This document shows positions 37,050-46,383 of a DNA stretch of 64,000 bases, piece after piece. How positions within the stretch are numbered: the first letter of the stretch is position 1; each line of letters starts with the position of its first letter. Source of the DNA: an uncultured Bdellovibrionales bacterium (GTDB lineage Bacteria > Patescibacteriota > Minisyncoccia > Moranbacterales > UBA1568); assembly GCA_964384235.1 (NCBI GenBank), contig CAYLJX010000001.1, positions 169,110-233,109 on the forward strand. The letters run 5' to 3'. The notes below the pieces were generated by a model that was given only the letters and a program-made list of their open reading frames with translations, ran no database searches and was not told where the DNA came from. The position numbers and the translations under genes were made by a program.

Positions 37050-38998
37050 GTCAGCGAAAGCGGATCGACGTCTATGATGAGATCCTTGTTGTGTCTCACG
37101 AGGAGCGAGCGAAGCGGAGGAAACAAGGAAGTGTCGTTCGGGATACGGATGAGGATCTGGCTTCGGAAGGTTCCTGACCGTTTGACGGCGACCGGGGGAA
37201 GGGGTGGGGCGATGCGGAGTGCAGGTTCTTTTTTCGCGAGAGATTCCAGCTCTTCAAAAAGTCGTGAGGCCTTTTCTTTGGTTTTTTCTTCCGAAGTGTC
37301 CTGCAAAAAGACGCTTATGAGTCTGGCAAACGGCGGATACCGGAGGGATTCCCGTTCGGCGAGGATCCGTTCGGTAAAGGTCTCCTGTGTTTCGCCGGTT
37401 ATCCGTTGAAAAAAGGTGCTTTCCGGATGGAAGGTCTGAACGATCACCTTGCCCGTGGGAGCGACCCGTATCCTTGCTCTCAGGATGTCCTGGAAGAGCC
37501 GTTCGTCGGCCCGAAAATCGGGAAAAGAAAGCAAACTGTCCGCGTCAATCATAGCAACGAGCGAGAGTTTGGGCAAGTCCGGACCCTTGAGGATCATCTG
37601 GGTTCCGATGAGGATATCAACCGTTCCGGAGGCGATTTTTTCATACAGTTTTTCTGCCGCTCCGGGCTTTTTCATGGTCGATCCGTCGGCCCGGAAAACT
37701 TTGGCTCCCGGGAAGAGTCGGAGCACCTCTCGTTCGATGCGCTCCGTACCGAAACCGATGTGCCGAAACGACAGGTGGCCGCACTGCGGGCAATTCGGGA
37801 AAAGACTGGTCCGATATCCGCAGGAGAGGCAGTGGAACGACCCATCCCTGTTGCCGATGAGGGCGTGGCCGCAGTCGGGGCAGCGGAAAAGCGTCCGGCA
37901 GCGTTCGCACACGGAAAAAGCGGAGAGTCCCTGACGGTTGATATAGAGGAGGGCCTGCTTCTTTTCGGTGAGGACAGTACGAAGGTCGGCGATGAGTTCT
38001 TCCGAGAGAGGGGAATAGTTTTTCCGGTAGCGTTCCAGCCGGAGGTTGACGACCGAGAGATTGCCGAGAGCAGAAGGTTTCTTCGGTGTCACATCGGTGA
38101 TCGTGCCGTCCTTGATTCTCTGGATGCTTTCTACGCTCGGCGTCCGTGATGTCAAAAGAAGCTTTGCTTGAGTGAAATGAACGAGAGTCGTCGCGACGCG
38201 CCTGCCATCGTAGCGCGGGCTCATGTCCCACTGCTTGTAACTCCCGTCCTGTTCCTCGGTCATGACGATGGTCCCGAGCTTCTGAAACGGCGCGAAGAGA
38301 CTCTGGCGCGTCCCGATGACGACCTTGGCCTCGTCTTGTCGGATGCGCTCCCATGCGCTGTAGAACGGACCGTCGGCGAGCCTGCTGTGAAGGATGGCGA
38401 TCTCGTCTTTTTTGAAAAGATTCGAGAACGTTTCAAAGAGCGGGGGAATGAGTGTGAGCTCCGGCACGAGGATGAGGATCTGCTGTTTTTTGACAATCCC
38501 TTTTTTGGCAATGAGGGCCAAGATTCTCGCTTCGTCAGAAAAGGAAGACGTGTCAAGGAACGCAGTGCCTCCCCGGGAGAGACGATCGAAACGCTCCAAT
38601 ATTTCCTTTTCACTCTTCGTCGCAGTGAGCGTCTTTCTTTTTTTCTCGGTCACGACTGGTCGTTTTCTCTCCTTGGTCTGTTTTGGAATGAAGTGCTTCA
38701 GCGTCTTCCCGAGCGGTGTGAAATATTCCTCGCTTATCCATTCGGCAAGTTTCAGCTGCGTCTCCGTGAGAAATTCCGGAGAGAGGACCTTGGTGATGCG
38801 CTTCATCCAGTGCGGCGGACGTCCCGGAAGCGGTGTGCAGTCGGAAACGATTCCCTGGAGTTTCTGTCGGCCGAAGGGGATGGCGACCAGCGTGCCGGGA
38901 GCGACCGGTTCGTCCGAGAGGTAGCTGAAAAACGGCGATCGGCCCAGGGGGAGGATCGAGAGCGGCGCGACTTCCAGGCGGTAGTGAGAGGTATTCAT
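37046..38998 (-). CDS. priA: Primosomal protein N' (degenerate ATPase motifs)
   Basis: 3'-DNA-binding domain, four CxxC pairs, GTQMI.KG.D, PDFRADER, YPPF. Confidence 0.92.
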   Translation of the reverse strand: MNTSHYRLEVAPLSILPLGRSPFFSYLSDEPVAPGTLVAIPFGRQKLQGIVSDCTPLPGRPPHWMKRITKVLSPEFLTETQLKLAEWISEEYFTPLGKTLKHFIPKQTKERKRPVVTEKKRKTLTATKSEKEILERFDRLSRGGTAFLDTSSFSDEARILALIAKKGIVKKQQILILVPELTLIPPLFETFSNLFKKDEIAILHSRLADGPFYSAWERIRQDEAKVVIGTRQSLFAPFQKLGTIVMTEEQDGSYKQWDMSPRYDGRRVATTLVHFTQAKLLLTSRTPSVESIQRIKDGTITDVTPKKPSALGNLSVVNLRLERYRKNYSPLSEELIADLRTVLTEKKQALLYINRQGLSAFSVCERCRTLFRCPDCGHALIGNRDGSFHCLSCGYRTSLFPNCPQCGHLSFRHIGFGTERIEREVLRLFPGAKVFRADGSTMKKPGAAEKLYEKIASGTVDILIGTQMILKGPDLPKLSLVAMIDADSLLSFPDFRADERLFQDILRARIRVAPTGKVIVQTFHPESTFFQRITGETQETFTERILAERESLRYPPFARLISVFLQDTSEEKTKEKASRLFEELESLAKKEPALRIAPPLPPVAVKRSGTFRSQILIRIPNDTSLFPPLRSLLVRHNKDLIIDVDPLSLT

Positions 38999-39064
38999 AT
39001 ACCTCATTTTAGCACGAAACAGCCTTTATTTTTCTCTTTATAAAATCGCCGTTTTAATATTTCT

Positions 39065-39242
39065 CCCTTCAGAAATCAGCATTTTCTTTCTCCGGCTGAC
39101 GTCGGTCACATGTGCGACGAGCAAGCCGGTAACGGTCGAGCGTGACGGATGGTCTCGACAGGACAGCTCCCCGTTCGGCAGAGTGAGTCGGACATGTTCG
39201 ACGGAAGGAAAGGGAAAGAAAAGGGATTGATTTTCTGAAGGG
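39065..39242 (+). repeat. Family A structured element, copy 3 (diverged)
   Basis: CCCTTCAGAAATCA/TGATTTTCTGAAGGG stem; core GAGCGTGACG and CAGGACAGC. Confidence 0.7.
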
Positions 39243-39299
39243 TATTCTGTGCCAATATATTTGATTTTTTGGCTTCTTTAAGCTATGATTGGCATATAT

Positions 39300-39851
39300 A
39301 TGAACAAACGTCGCCTTTTTGTTGGTATTTCTCTCTCCGAAGCGCTCAAGAAGCGCCTTGTGAGGGATATGTCTGCCTGGACTCCCGCCAAAGAAGCCCT
39401 GATCCTGACCGTCCCGGACAATCTCCATGTCACGCTCTTTTATCTCGGCTTCGTCGAGGAGGAGGAAGTCCCGGAGGTCTGCCGCAAGGTAGGGGAGGCC
39501 TCTCAGGGTATCCCGTCATTCGAGCTCACCTTTACCGAAATGGCGCTCGTCGACGGTCCCGAACACCCCAAGATGATTTGGCTCACCGGAGAGCCGAGTG
39601 AACCGCTCAAAAATCTTCGCGAAGCGGTAGAGAAAACGTTCTCGTCGTTTGTCGCCTCGAAAAAATCATTCCGTCCGCATGTGACGCTGGCCAAGATCAA
39701 GAAGGCCAAGTGGCAGAAACTTCCCGAGAAACCGAAACTCAAAGACGGAGTGCTTTTCGTCGATCCGGTAGAGAGTATTTCTGTCTTCGAGAGTCTCTCG
39801 ATCAATGGCAAGCGCCGCTACGAAGCGATTGATACGTTCCCGTTGCAGTGA
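39300..39851 (+). CDS. thpR: RNA 2',3'-cyclic phosphodiesterase (2H family)
   Basis: Two HxT motifs (LHVTL, PHVTL); RLFVGI. Confidence 0.9.
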   Translation: MNKRRLFVGISLSEALKKRLVRDMSAWTPAKEALILTVPDNLHVTLFYLGFVEEEEVPEVCRKVGEASQGIPSFELTFTEMALVDGPEHPKMIWLTGEPSEPLKNLREAVEKTFSSFVASKKSFRPHVTLAKIKKAKWQKLPEKPKLKDGVLFVDPVESISVFESLSINGKRRYEAIDTFPLQ

Positions 39852-39896
39852 GTAGTTTGTAGTGAGTAGGGAAATAGAAGAAAGAAAACAAACAGG

Positions 39897-40655
39897 ATGA
39901 ACATATTGGGTGTTCCGATAGACAATATTTCGCGAGAAGAAACTCTCGATTGCGTCTGTATCTTTTTAGACGAACCGAAGTTTCACCGTATCGCGACGGT
40001 CAATCCGGAGTTTTTGTTGCTTGCTGAAAAAGACCCGGCTTTCCGGCAGTCGCTTCTTAACGCCGATCTCCGTATCGCGGATGGCTTCGGTATCGTGATT
40101 GCCGGACTCTTACGAGGCGAACGCATCACGCGCTTTCCCGGAGCGGATCTGATGGAAGAGATATTGCGAATAGCCAACGAAAAACATCTTTCCGTTTTCC
40201 TTGCCATCAGAAAAGACGGACTCTCTTCGTATGAAGAAGTTCGTTCAGCTATCTTGAAAAAATATCCGAATATCCTTATCGGTGGAGAGAACATGGACGT
40301 GTATCATGTATCAAGTATTAAGTATCAAGTATACGAGATACATAATACGAAATACGATATACTCTTTTGCAATTTCGGCGCCCCAACCCAAGAACTTTTC
40401 CTTTCCGATTTGAAAAACAATCCCGGGAATATCCGTCTCGCGATGGGCGTTGGAGGAAGTTTCGACTATCTCACTGGCAAGGTACGCCGCGCCCCGCAGT
40501 GGCTCCGCATGATCGGTCTCGAGTGGCTCTGGCGTCTCATTCTGCAACCAAATCGCTGGAAACGCATATGGAACGCAGCGGTTGTTTTCCCGGTGAAAGT
40601 AGTATTGATGAAATTTAAAAGCCGTCCTGGTGGTTCCACCGGGACGGCCTGCTGA
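39897..40655 (+). CDS. WecB/TagA/CpsF glycosyltransferase
   Basis: TVNPE, ADGFG, GAPTQE, GVGGSFD, RAP.W...GLEWLWRL. Confidence 0.93.
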   Translation: MNILGVPIDNISREETLDCVCIFLDEPKFHRIATVNPEFLLLAEKDPAFRQSLLNADLRIADGFGIVIAGLLRGERITRFPGADLMEEILRIANEKHLSVFLAIRKDGLSSYEEVRSAILKKYPNILIGGENMDVYHVSSIKYQVYEIHNTKYDILFCNFGAPTQELFLSDLKNNPGNIRLAMGVGGSFDYLTGKVRRAPQWLRMIGLEWLWRLILQPNRWKRIWNAAVVFPVKVVLMKFKSRPGGSTGTAC

Positions 40656-40787
40656 GATTGTCTTTTTTTGACTTTGAGGATTTTCCTCAGGAGTCTCAGC
40701 TACGGGTTTGCCGAAGCCCTCTCCTTGCCGGGTTGAATGCCCGACAGATTCACCTTCGATCCATAGCAATCTCCTTTTTAGGTACGA
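40617..40787 (-). ncRNA. Candidate orphan structured sRNA
   Basis: Consensus promoter upstream, nested stems, GC-rich terminator; no SD-led ORF longer than 4 codons. Confidence 0.55.
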
Positions 40788-40793
40788 TTTTAC

Positions 40794-40822
40794 ATTATAC
40801 ACCTTTTTATAGGTTATGTCAA
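40794..40822 (-). promoter_or_regulatory. Perfect sigma70 consensus promoter
   Basis: TTGACA-N17-TATAAT on the minus strand. Confidence 0.85.
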
Positions 40823-40877
40823 TACTTGTGTTTTGGCTTGAAATAGGGGATTATAGAGATACTATTGAACGACAACT

Positions 40878-42416
40878 ATGGAAAAAAATGTAAGAGTTCG
40901 TTTCGCGCCGTCGCCAACGGGGTACCTCCATGTCGGGGGACTACGTACCGCGCTGTACAATTATCTTTTTGCCAGGAAAAACGGCGGGACGTTCATCCTG
41001 CGTATCGAGGATACCGATCAGAAACGTTTCGTCCCGGGCGCGGTCGAGAATCTTGTAAACGTTCTTACCGAGATGGGTCTTGCTCCGGATGAGGGAGTAC
41101 ATGAAGAGGCAGAGGTTGGAGAATTCGGGCCGTATATCCAGTCCAAGCGTCTTGATATTTACAAAGAACACGCCGAGCAGCTTATCAAGAACGGCAAAGC
41201 GTACCATTGTTTCTGTTCCGCGGAACGGTTGGAACAAGTGCGCGAAGAACAGACCAAGAACAAGCAGGCGCCCAAATATGACAAGCGCTGCCTCTCTCTT
41301 TCCGCCGACGAAGCGCAGGCGAAACTCGCAAACGGCGAACCGTATGTCATCCGTCTCAACGTGTCGGAAGAAAGAGGCGAGGTTGCGTTCGGCGATCTCG
41401 TGCGAGGCGAAGTGAAGATCCATGCGAAAGACATCGACGATCAGGTACTTATGAAATCGGACGGGTTCCCGACGTACCACCTCGCGAACGTCGTCGACGA
41501 TCACCTGATGGCGATCTCGCACGTCATCCGTGGCGAGGAGTGGTTGCCGTCGACGCCCAAGCATATCCTCCTTTATGAGGCGTTCGGTTGGGAACAGCCG
41601 CAGTTCGCGCATATCCCGCTCCTTCTCAATCCTGACAAGAGCAAGCTCTCCAAGCGTCAGGGTGATGTGGCGGTCGAAGACTATCTCAAGAAAGGGTATC
41701 TCAAAGAATCGCTCATCAACTTTGTCGCGCTCCTCGGGTGGAATCCGGGGCAGGGGAGCACGCAGGAAATTTTTTCTTTGGAAGAATTGGAACAGGTGTT
41801 TGATCTCGGAAACGTTCACAAGGCCGGAGCGGTCTTTGATCAGAAGAAGCTCGATTGGATGAATGCGGAGTATATCAAGCGGTTGTCCGTTGAGGAACTC
41901 TATGAACGCTCAATCCCGTTCTTGAGTGAGAAGGATTTTTTCAAGGAATGGAACAGCCAGCCCGCCCGACACGCTGACGCGAGTCATGCGGGCGGGCAGT
42001 CAACAGTCAACGAGGAATCTAAGGCTGGTTTTATCAAGAGAGTCCTCACCATCGAGCAAGAGCGTCTGACGAAACTCTCAGATGTCGGCGAACAGAACCC
42101 GTTTTTCTTTGCGAGCGATCTCTCATATGACACGGCGCTTCTCAATTGGAAGGAGAACACGGCCGATATGACCAAGGCATCACTCGTCCGGGCGGAGGAA
42201 GTGCTTGCGAACGTGAGTGAAGAAGAATGGACGAGAGAACATCTGGAAACACTCCTCATGGAAGCCGCTGGCGACAAAAGAGGGGATTTCCTCTGGCCGC
42301 TTCGCGTGGCGCTCACCGGTGCACAGAAGTCCCCTTCGCCCTTCGATGTGGCGTGGGTCCTTGGGAAGAAAGAAAGTCTCAGACGCGTTCAGGAGGCGAT
42401 ACGGAGGCTCTCTTAA
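40878..42416 (+). CDS. gltX: Glutamate--tRNA ligase
   Basis: RFAPSPTGYLHVGG, KLSKR. Confidence 0.97.
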   Translation: MEKNVRVRFAPSPTGYLHVGGLRTALYNYLFARKNGGTFILRIEDTDQKRFVPGAVENLVNVLTEMGLAPDEGVHEEAEVGEFGPYIQSKRLDIYKEHAEQLIKNGKAYHCFCSAERLEQVREEQTKNKQAPKYDKRCLSLSADEAQAKLANGEPYVIRLNVSEERGEVAFGDLVRGEVKIHAKDIDDQVLMKSDGFPTYHLANVVDDHLMAISHVIRGEEWLPSTPKHILLYEAFGWEQPQFAHIPLLLNPDKSKLSKRQGDVAVEDYLKKGYLKESLINFVALLGWNPGQGSTQEIFSLEELEQVFDLGNVHKAGAVFDQKKLDWMNAEYIKRLSVEELYERSIPFLSEKDFFKEWNSQPARHADASHAGGQSTVNEESKAGFIKRVLTIEQERLTKLSDVGEQNPFFFASDLSYDTALLNWKENTADMTKASLVRAEEVLANVSEEEWTREHLETLLMEAAGDKRGDFLWPLRVALTGAQKSPSPFDVAWVLGKKESLRRVQEAIRRLS

Positions 42417-42466
42417 GCCATTGTGGTACAATGTAAGATGCTACAGTCTTTTCGAGCATCTTTTTC

Positions 42467-43741
42467 ATGTCCCTCAGACAGAACAAATACCACATTCTCT
42501 CAGCTGTTACTTTGGCGCTCCTCGCAAGCGGTGCGCTTTCTTTTGCTATCGTCCGGGCAGAGAGCAGTAGCGTGACGGAACTTTCCAAAGAGGCCAAGGA
42601 AGCCATCGAAGACAAACAGGACCAGCTTGACGCCATCAATGCCAAGATCAAGGCTTACAGGCAGATCATCGACCTGAAACAGCGCCAGGGATCGACCCTT
42701 GGCGATCAGATCGCGTCTCTCGGTGCGCAGGCGGACAAGCTCCAGCTCGAGATAGACGAGAACAAGAAGCAGTTGGATGAACTGAGCAGCGGCATCCAGA
42801 ACCTTTCCGCCCGTATCGCCGAGAAGGAAGCGCTCATCGTCAGTCAGAAGCGGATCCTTTCGGAACTCATGCGCTCCTATTACAACGACGCGACCTATCG
42901 CGCCGTGCCATTCCTGTTTTCTTCGGGGGAAGCGGACACGTATTTCAATCAGGATGAGTGGGGGAGTGAGGTGAGCGACAAGGTGCGCGAAGTGCTCGGG
43001 ACCGTCAAGTCGCTCCGGGAGAGTCTTACGGCGGAACATACGGACCTCTCTCGCAAGAAATCCGAGCGTGACACGATCCAGCTGCAGCTTACGGAGCGCA
43101 ACGACTCCCTGGAAAACGCCAAGGAAAACAAGGAACAGCTCCTGAGGAAAACGCAGGCCGAGGCGGCCAAGTACGACAACCTGGTGGATCAGTTGCAGAA
43201 AGAGCGGGAGGAGATCGAGAGTGAGATCGAGGATCTGGAATCGAGCAAGATCGGCGACCTCAACCTCAAGGACATGCCGGCCTTCAAACGCGGCCTTCTC
43301 GAGAATCCCCTCAAGAAATTCACCATCAGTCAGCGATACGGCAAGACGAGTTTCTCCAAGACCGCCTACAAATCCGGCAAGCACAACGGCATCGACTTCG
43401 CCGCGCCCTCCGGGACACCGGTGTATGCCCCACTTGGCGGCAAGGTGATCGGTGTCGGAAACCTGGGCCGCTATGCCTACGGCCGGTGGATCGCCATCGA
43501 CCACGGCAACGGTCTGGTGACGCTTTATGGCCATCTCTCCTCGCAGAACGTGAGTGTCGGGAAAAAGGTGAGTACCGGGGACAAGATCGGCGCGGTCGGC
43601 TCCACCGGATTCTCCACGGGTCCGCATCTCCACTTCACGGTCTTCTCGGCCAAGTCGTACGAGGTCGTGCCTTCCTCGACGGTCAAGGGACTACGTATCC
43701 CTATTGGCGCCACGGTCAACCCGGCAGTGTATCTTCCCTGA
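42467..43741 (+). CDS. Coiled-coil M23 peptidase (murein hydrolase, EnvC-like architecture)
   Basis: Signal/TM; long coiled coil; [17 protein letters not shown]. Confidence 0.9.
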   Translation: MSLRQNKYHILSAVTLALLASGALSFAIVRAESSSVTELSKEAKEAIEDKQDQLDAINAKIKAYRQIIDLKQRQGSTLGDQIASLGAQADKLQLEIDENKKQLDELSSGIQNLSARIAEKEALIVSQKRILSELMRSYYNDATYRAVPFLFSSGEADTYFNQDEWGSEVSDKVREVLGTVKSLRESLTAEHTDLSRKKSERDTIQLQLTERNDSLENAKENKEQLLRKTQAEAAKYDNLVDQLQKEREEIESEIEDLESSKIGDLNLKDMPAFKRGLLENPLKKFTISQRYGKTSFSKTAYKSGKHNGIDFAAPSGTPVYAPLGGKVIGVGNLGRYAYGRWIAIDHGNGLVTLYGHLSSQNVSVGKKVSTGDKIGAVGSTGFSTGPHLHFTVFSAKSYEVVPSSTVKGLRIPIGATVNPAVYLP

Positions 43742-43798
43742 AATCCAGTTTTTCGGTTAACGAGTTACGGGTTAACGGGTTATAGCTCACTCTTTTTT

Positions 43799-44566
43799 AT
43801 GGCTGTAAAGAAAAATGCATATCCTCTCCGCACTCGTTTTGCCAAGGACATCGTTGCGGAGGTCTTGTTCCCCGAGAGGCAGCAGGGGAAAGTGGTGATC
43901 GTTTGTACGGGACTACCCTCCTCGCCGTTCAAGCAAGAGTTCTTACGATTTCTCGCGGGACAGGGATATGTCGCTATCCTGCCACGCTATCGTGGCACAT
44001 GGGAAAGCGGGGGAATGTTTTTGGAAAAATCCCCGGCCCGGGATATCGCTGACGTGATCGAGGACCTTGTGAAACACAAAGCGATTAAGGATCTTCGGAC
44101 CGATGAAGCGATCGGTGTTCGTGTCTCAGCGATCCATCTCTTCGGGTCGTCGTTCGGCGGTCCGGCCGCGCTCCTTAATTCACGGTTTCCTATCGTCAAG
44201 AAGATTATCGCGACCGCTCCCGTCATCGATTGGAAACAGGAAGGGGAGGACGAACCCTTTCATCCGCACGTGCGGTTCGTAGAGAGGGGATTCGGCGGCG
44301 CCTATCGTGTCCGGCGACCAGGCGATTGGGACAAGCTCATCAAGATGGATTTCTATAATCCCCTCTCACATACGAAAAATATCGACGGGCGTAAGATTTT
44401 CATTATCCATGCCAAGGACGATCGGATTGTCCCGTATGGGCCGCTTCTCGAATTTGCCGAAAAGACCGGTGCGCAATATTATCTCAAACCCAAAGGTGGA
44501 CACGGTCTCAAGATCTCTCACAAGTTTCTCTGGAAGAAAATCGACGCGTTCCTGAAGAAGAAGTGA
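43799..44566 (+). CDS. Alpha/beta hydrolase
   Basis: YRGTWESGG, GSSFGG nucleophile elbow, D..VP and GGH. Confidence 0.85.
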   Translation: MAVKKNAYPLRTRFAKDIVAEVLFPERQQGKVVIVCTGLPSSPFKQEFLRFLAGQGYVAILPRYRGTWESGGMFLEKSPARDIADVIEDLVKHKAIKDLRTDEAIGVRVSAIHLFGSSFGGPAALLNSRFPIVKKIIATAPVIDWKQEGEDEPFHPHVRFVERGFGGAYRVRRPGDWDKLIKMDFYNPLSHTKNIDGRKIFIIHAKDDRIVPYGPLLEFAEKTGAQYYLKPKGGHGLKISHKFLWKKIDAFLKKK

Positions 44567-44598
44567 GTGTTATATTTTTCTTTCAATTTTTTGAGACA

Positions 44599-44644
44599 AG
44601 ACTCCCCCGGCACATTTTGCAAAAACGGGGGAGTCTGGTTTTTT
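44599..44644 (+). terminator. Intrinsic terminator
   Basis: AGACTCCCCCG...CGGGGGAGTCT followed by a T tract. Confidence 0.75.
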
Positions 44645-44873
44645 ATACCGGTTAAGAAAGTAATATAATCCTACGACCGTGGAATTATGACACTTTTTGT
44701 GACAGATGGAATGAAGAGAGTGGAATGGGTCGGGAAGGAGATATATATCGATGTACCTTGGAATATCCAAAACGTCCCAGAACGCAAAATTTGAAGTCGT
44801 TTGGGGAATGGAAAGAAGCCGAGAGGTTTTTCTTCAAGGATTCTTTTTATTCAAGGCTTTTCAGATTAATATA

Positions 44874-44901
44874 ATGTCGCATAAGTTACATTATGCGACG
44901 T
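44874..44901. other. dif-like Xer recombination site
   Basis: ATGTCGCATAA-GTTACA-TTATGCGACGT (11-6-11) in a long AT-rich intergenic region. Confidence 0.75.
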
Positions 44902-45246
44902 TGTATACAAACTAAAGACAAGTACAATTGGCGATGAAAAATTCTTTCAAAACGCAATCATCCTCTCCTGATGACCGCTGGTGATGACTCTTTCCCCCTG
45001 CCGATGCCTGGTAAATTTTAGCGGGTGAATTTTTTGAAAAAAAATAATTTCAAAATAAAAAGTTTAAAATATTCCGGCTCCCCCGAAGATTGGAAAAGAA
45101 TTGAAAAGCCGGGAGCGATCATGAGAGATCGGTCCCGGTCTTCTTATTCTTGTGATGCATCATACAATCTAATGCTCATCCTAATGTTCATCTGATGCTT
45201 CTGGGGTTTGTTCCGATGTGTGGAAGTGTCGACGGATGTCCTGTTC

Positions 45247-46026
45247 TTAAGTCGTCGAAATCCCGTTCACTCGGTAGTCCCGTTCCACCCCGTTCTGCTT
45301 GAGTGGACGAAGCGCCTGGTCTGCGATGTCCTTCGCTCGTTCGTAGATATCGCAGAGTCTGTCACGGGAGGAAACGCGGAGAGTGCCCACTCCGCCGCTG
45401 GTTCCTACCCTGACCATGTTTCTGCCGTCTTGCTGTCTGCCGCCGAACACGAGCCGCGAATCGTTCCGGAGTGATTCCGTGAACGCGGTTGTGATGCGTA
45501 TGCCTTCGTCATGATCGATGCCCGGGAGGATGACAATGAACTCATCCCCTGCGCGGTTGGATCGCCCGACGAGATTTTTGCGGTCTTGGAAATGCTCGCC
45601 CAATATCTGCGCGAAGGTACGGAGTGCTTCGTCTCCCGTACCGTGTCCGTGTGTATCGTTCACTTGCTTGAAGTGATCGAGATCGAAATAGACGAACGTG
45701 ACGACGATGGAGTCGTCTTCTGCACCTGCATTGCGTAATCCGCGAAAAAGTCTTGATACGTAGGATTTGAACGCCTGCTGCAGTCCGTACTCGTTCAGGA
45801 TCCCGGTGAGATAATCGTGTTCCAACTTATCCCGGATTTCCTGATTGCGACGCTGCAGCCGATCGTTGCCTTTCTGGAGTTCATCGATTTTTCCTTTCAG
45901 TCTGATGTTCTCCAGTGAGGTGACAACGAAGCCTCTTTGAAGCTCGCATGAACGACAATCGCGCCCGTTGACGATCCCGACAGTCTTACAGGACTTGCTG
46001 GGTGTCCGAGGTTTGAGAGGATTCAT
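45247..46026 (-). CDS. GGDEF-domain protein (AGDEF variant)
   Basis: DYLTGILN, DLDHFKQVNDTHGH.TGD, RAGDEF. Confidence 0.88.
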   Translation of the reverse strand: MNPLKPRTPSKSCKTVGIVNGRDCRSCELQRGFVVTSLENIRLKGKIDELQKGNDRLQRRNQEIRDKLEHDYLTGILNEYGLQQAFKSYVSRLFRGLRNAGAEDDSIVVTFVYFDLDHFKQVNDTHGHGTGDEALRTFAQILGEHFQDRKNLVGRSNRAGDEFIVILPGIDHDEGIRITTAFTESLRNDSRLVFGGRQQDGRNMVRVGTSGGVGTLRVSSRDRLCDIYERAKDIADQALRPLKQNGVERDYRVNGISTT

Positions 46027-46041
46027 GACTTGTGTTCCTTT

Positions 46042-46122
46042 TCAGTCCGAAACGGTCGTGGTCGTGAAGTGACACGAACAAGACGGATTACCGGAACGTG
46101 GCAGGTGTGGTAGGGAACGCAT
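46042..46122 (-). CDS. Putative 26-aa small ORF or leader peptide
   Basis: AAGGAG SD; MRSLPHLPRSGNPSCSCHFTTTTVSD; stop abuts the SD of the GGDEF gene. Confidence 0.35.
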   Translation of the reverse strand: MRSLPHLPRSGNPSCSCHFTTTTVSD

Positions 46123-46383
46123 GATAGTCTCCTTTCAGGAGGAAGTGATTGAAAAAGGATTGATGAAACGTCTGATGCGCGTGAGTCTTCGAAACCTCCG
46201 GTTCGAAAAAGTTGTCAAAGGACTTTTAAAAACACGCTTCTCACGGTCTTGTTGCACGAGAAAGGCACGTGATATGGAAGCAACCTTATTACAGGGATTC
46301 CGGTTTTTTCTTTCAGACAAACAAAAAACCGGCGAGCGAGTACTGCTGTACGCTTGCCGGTTCAATCTTAATCCCGAGAAATT

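Noticed and set aside
40311-40802. 163-aa minus-strand ORF
   Set aside because: It starts inside the promoter, crosses a terminator and is antisense to the TagA-like gene.
45168-45201. Short degenerate tandem repeat (CTAATGCTCATC-like, 2-3 units)
   Set aside because: Too short and without spacers; no evidence of function.
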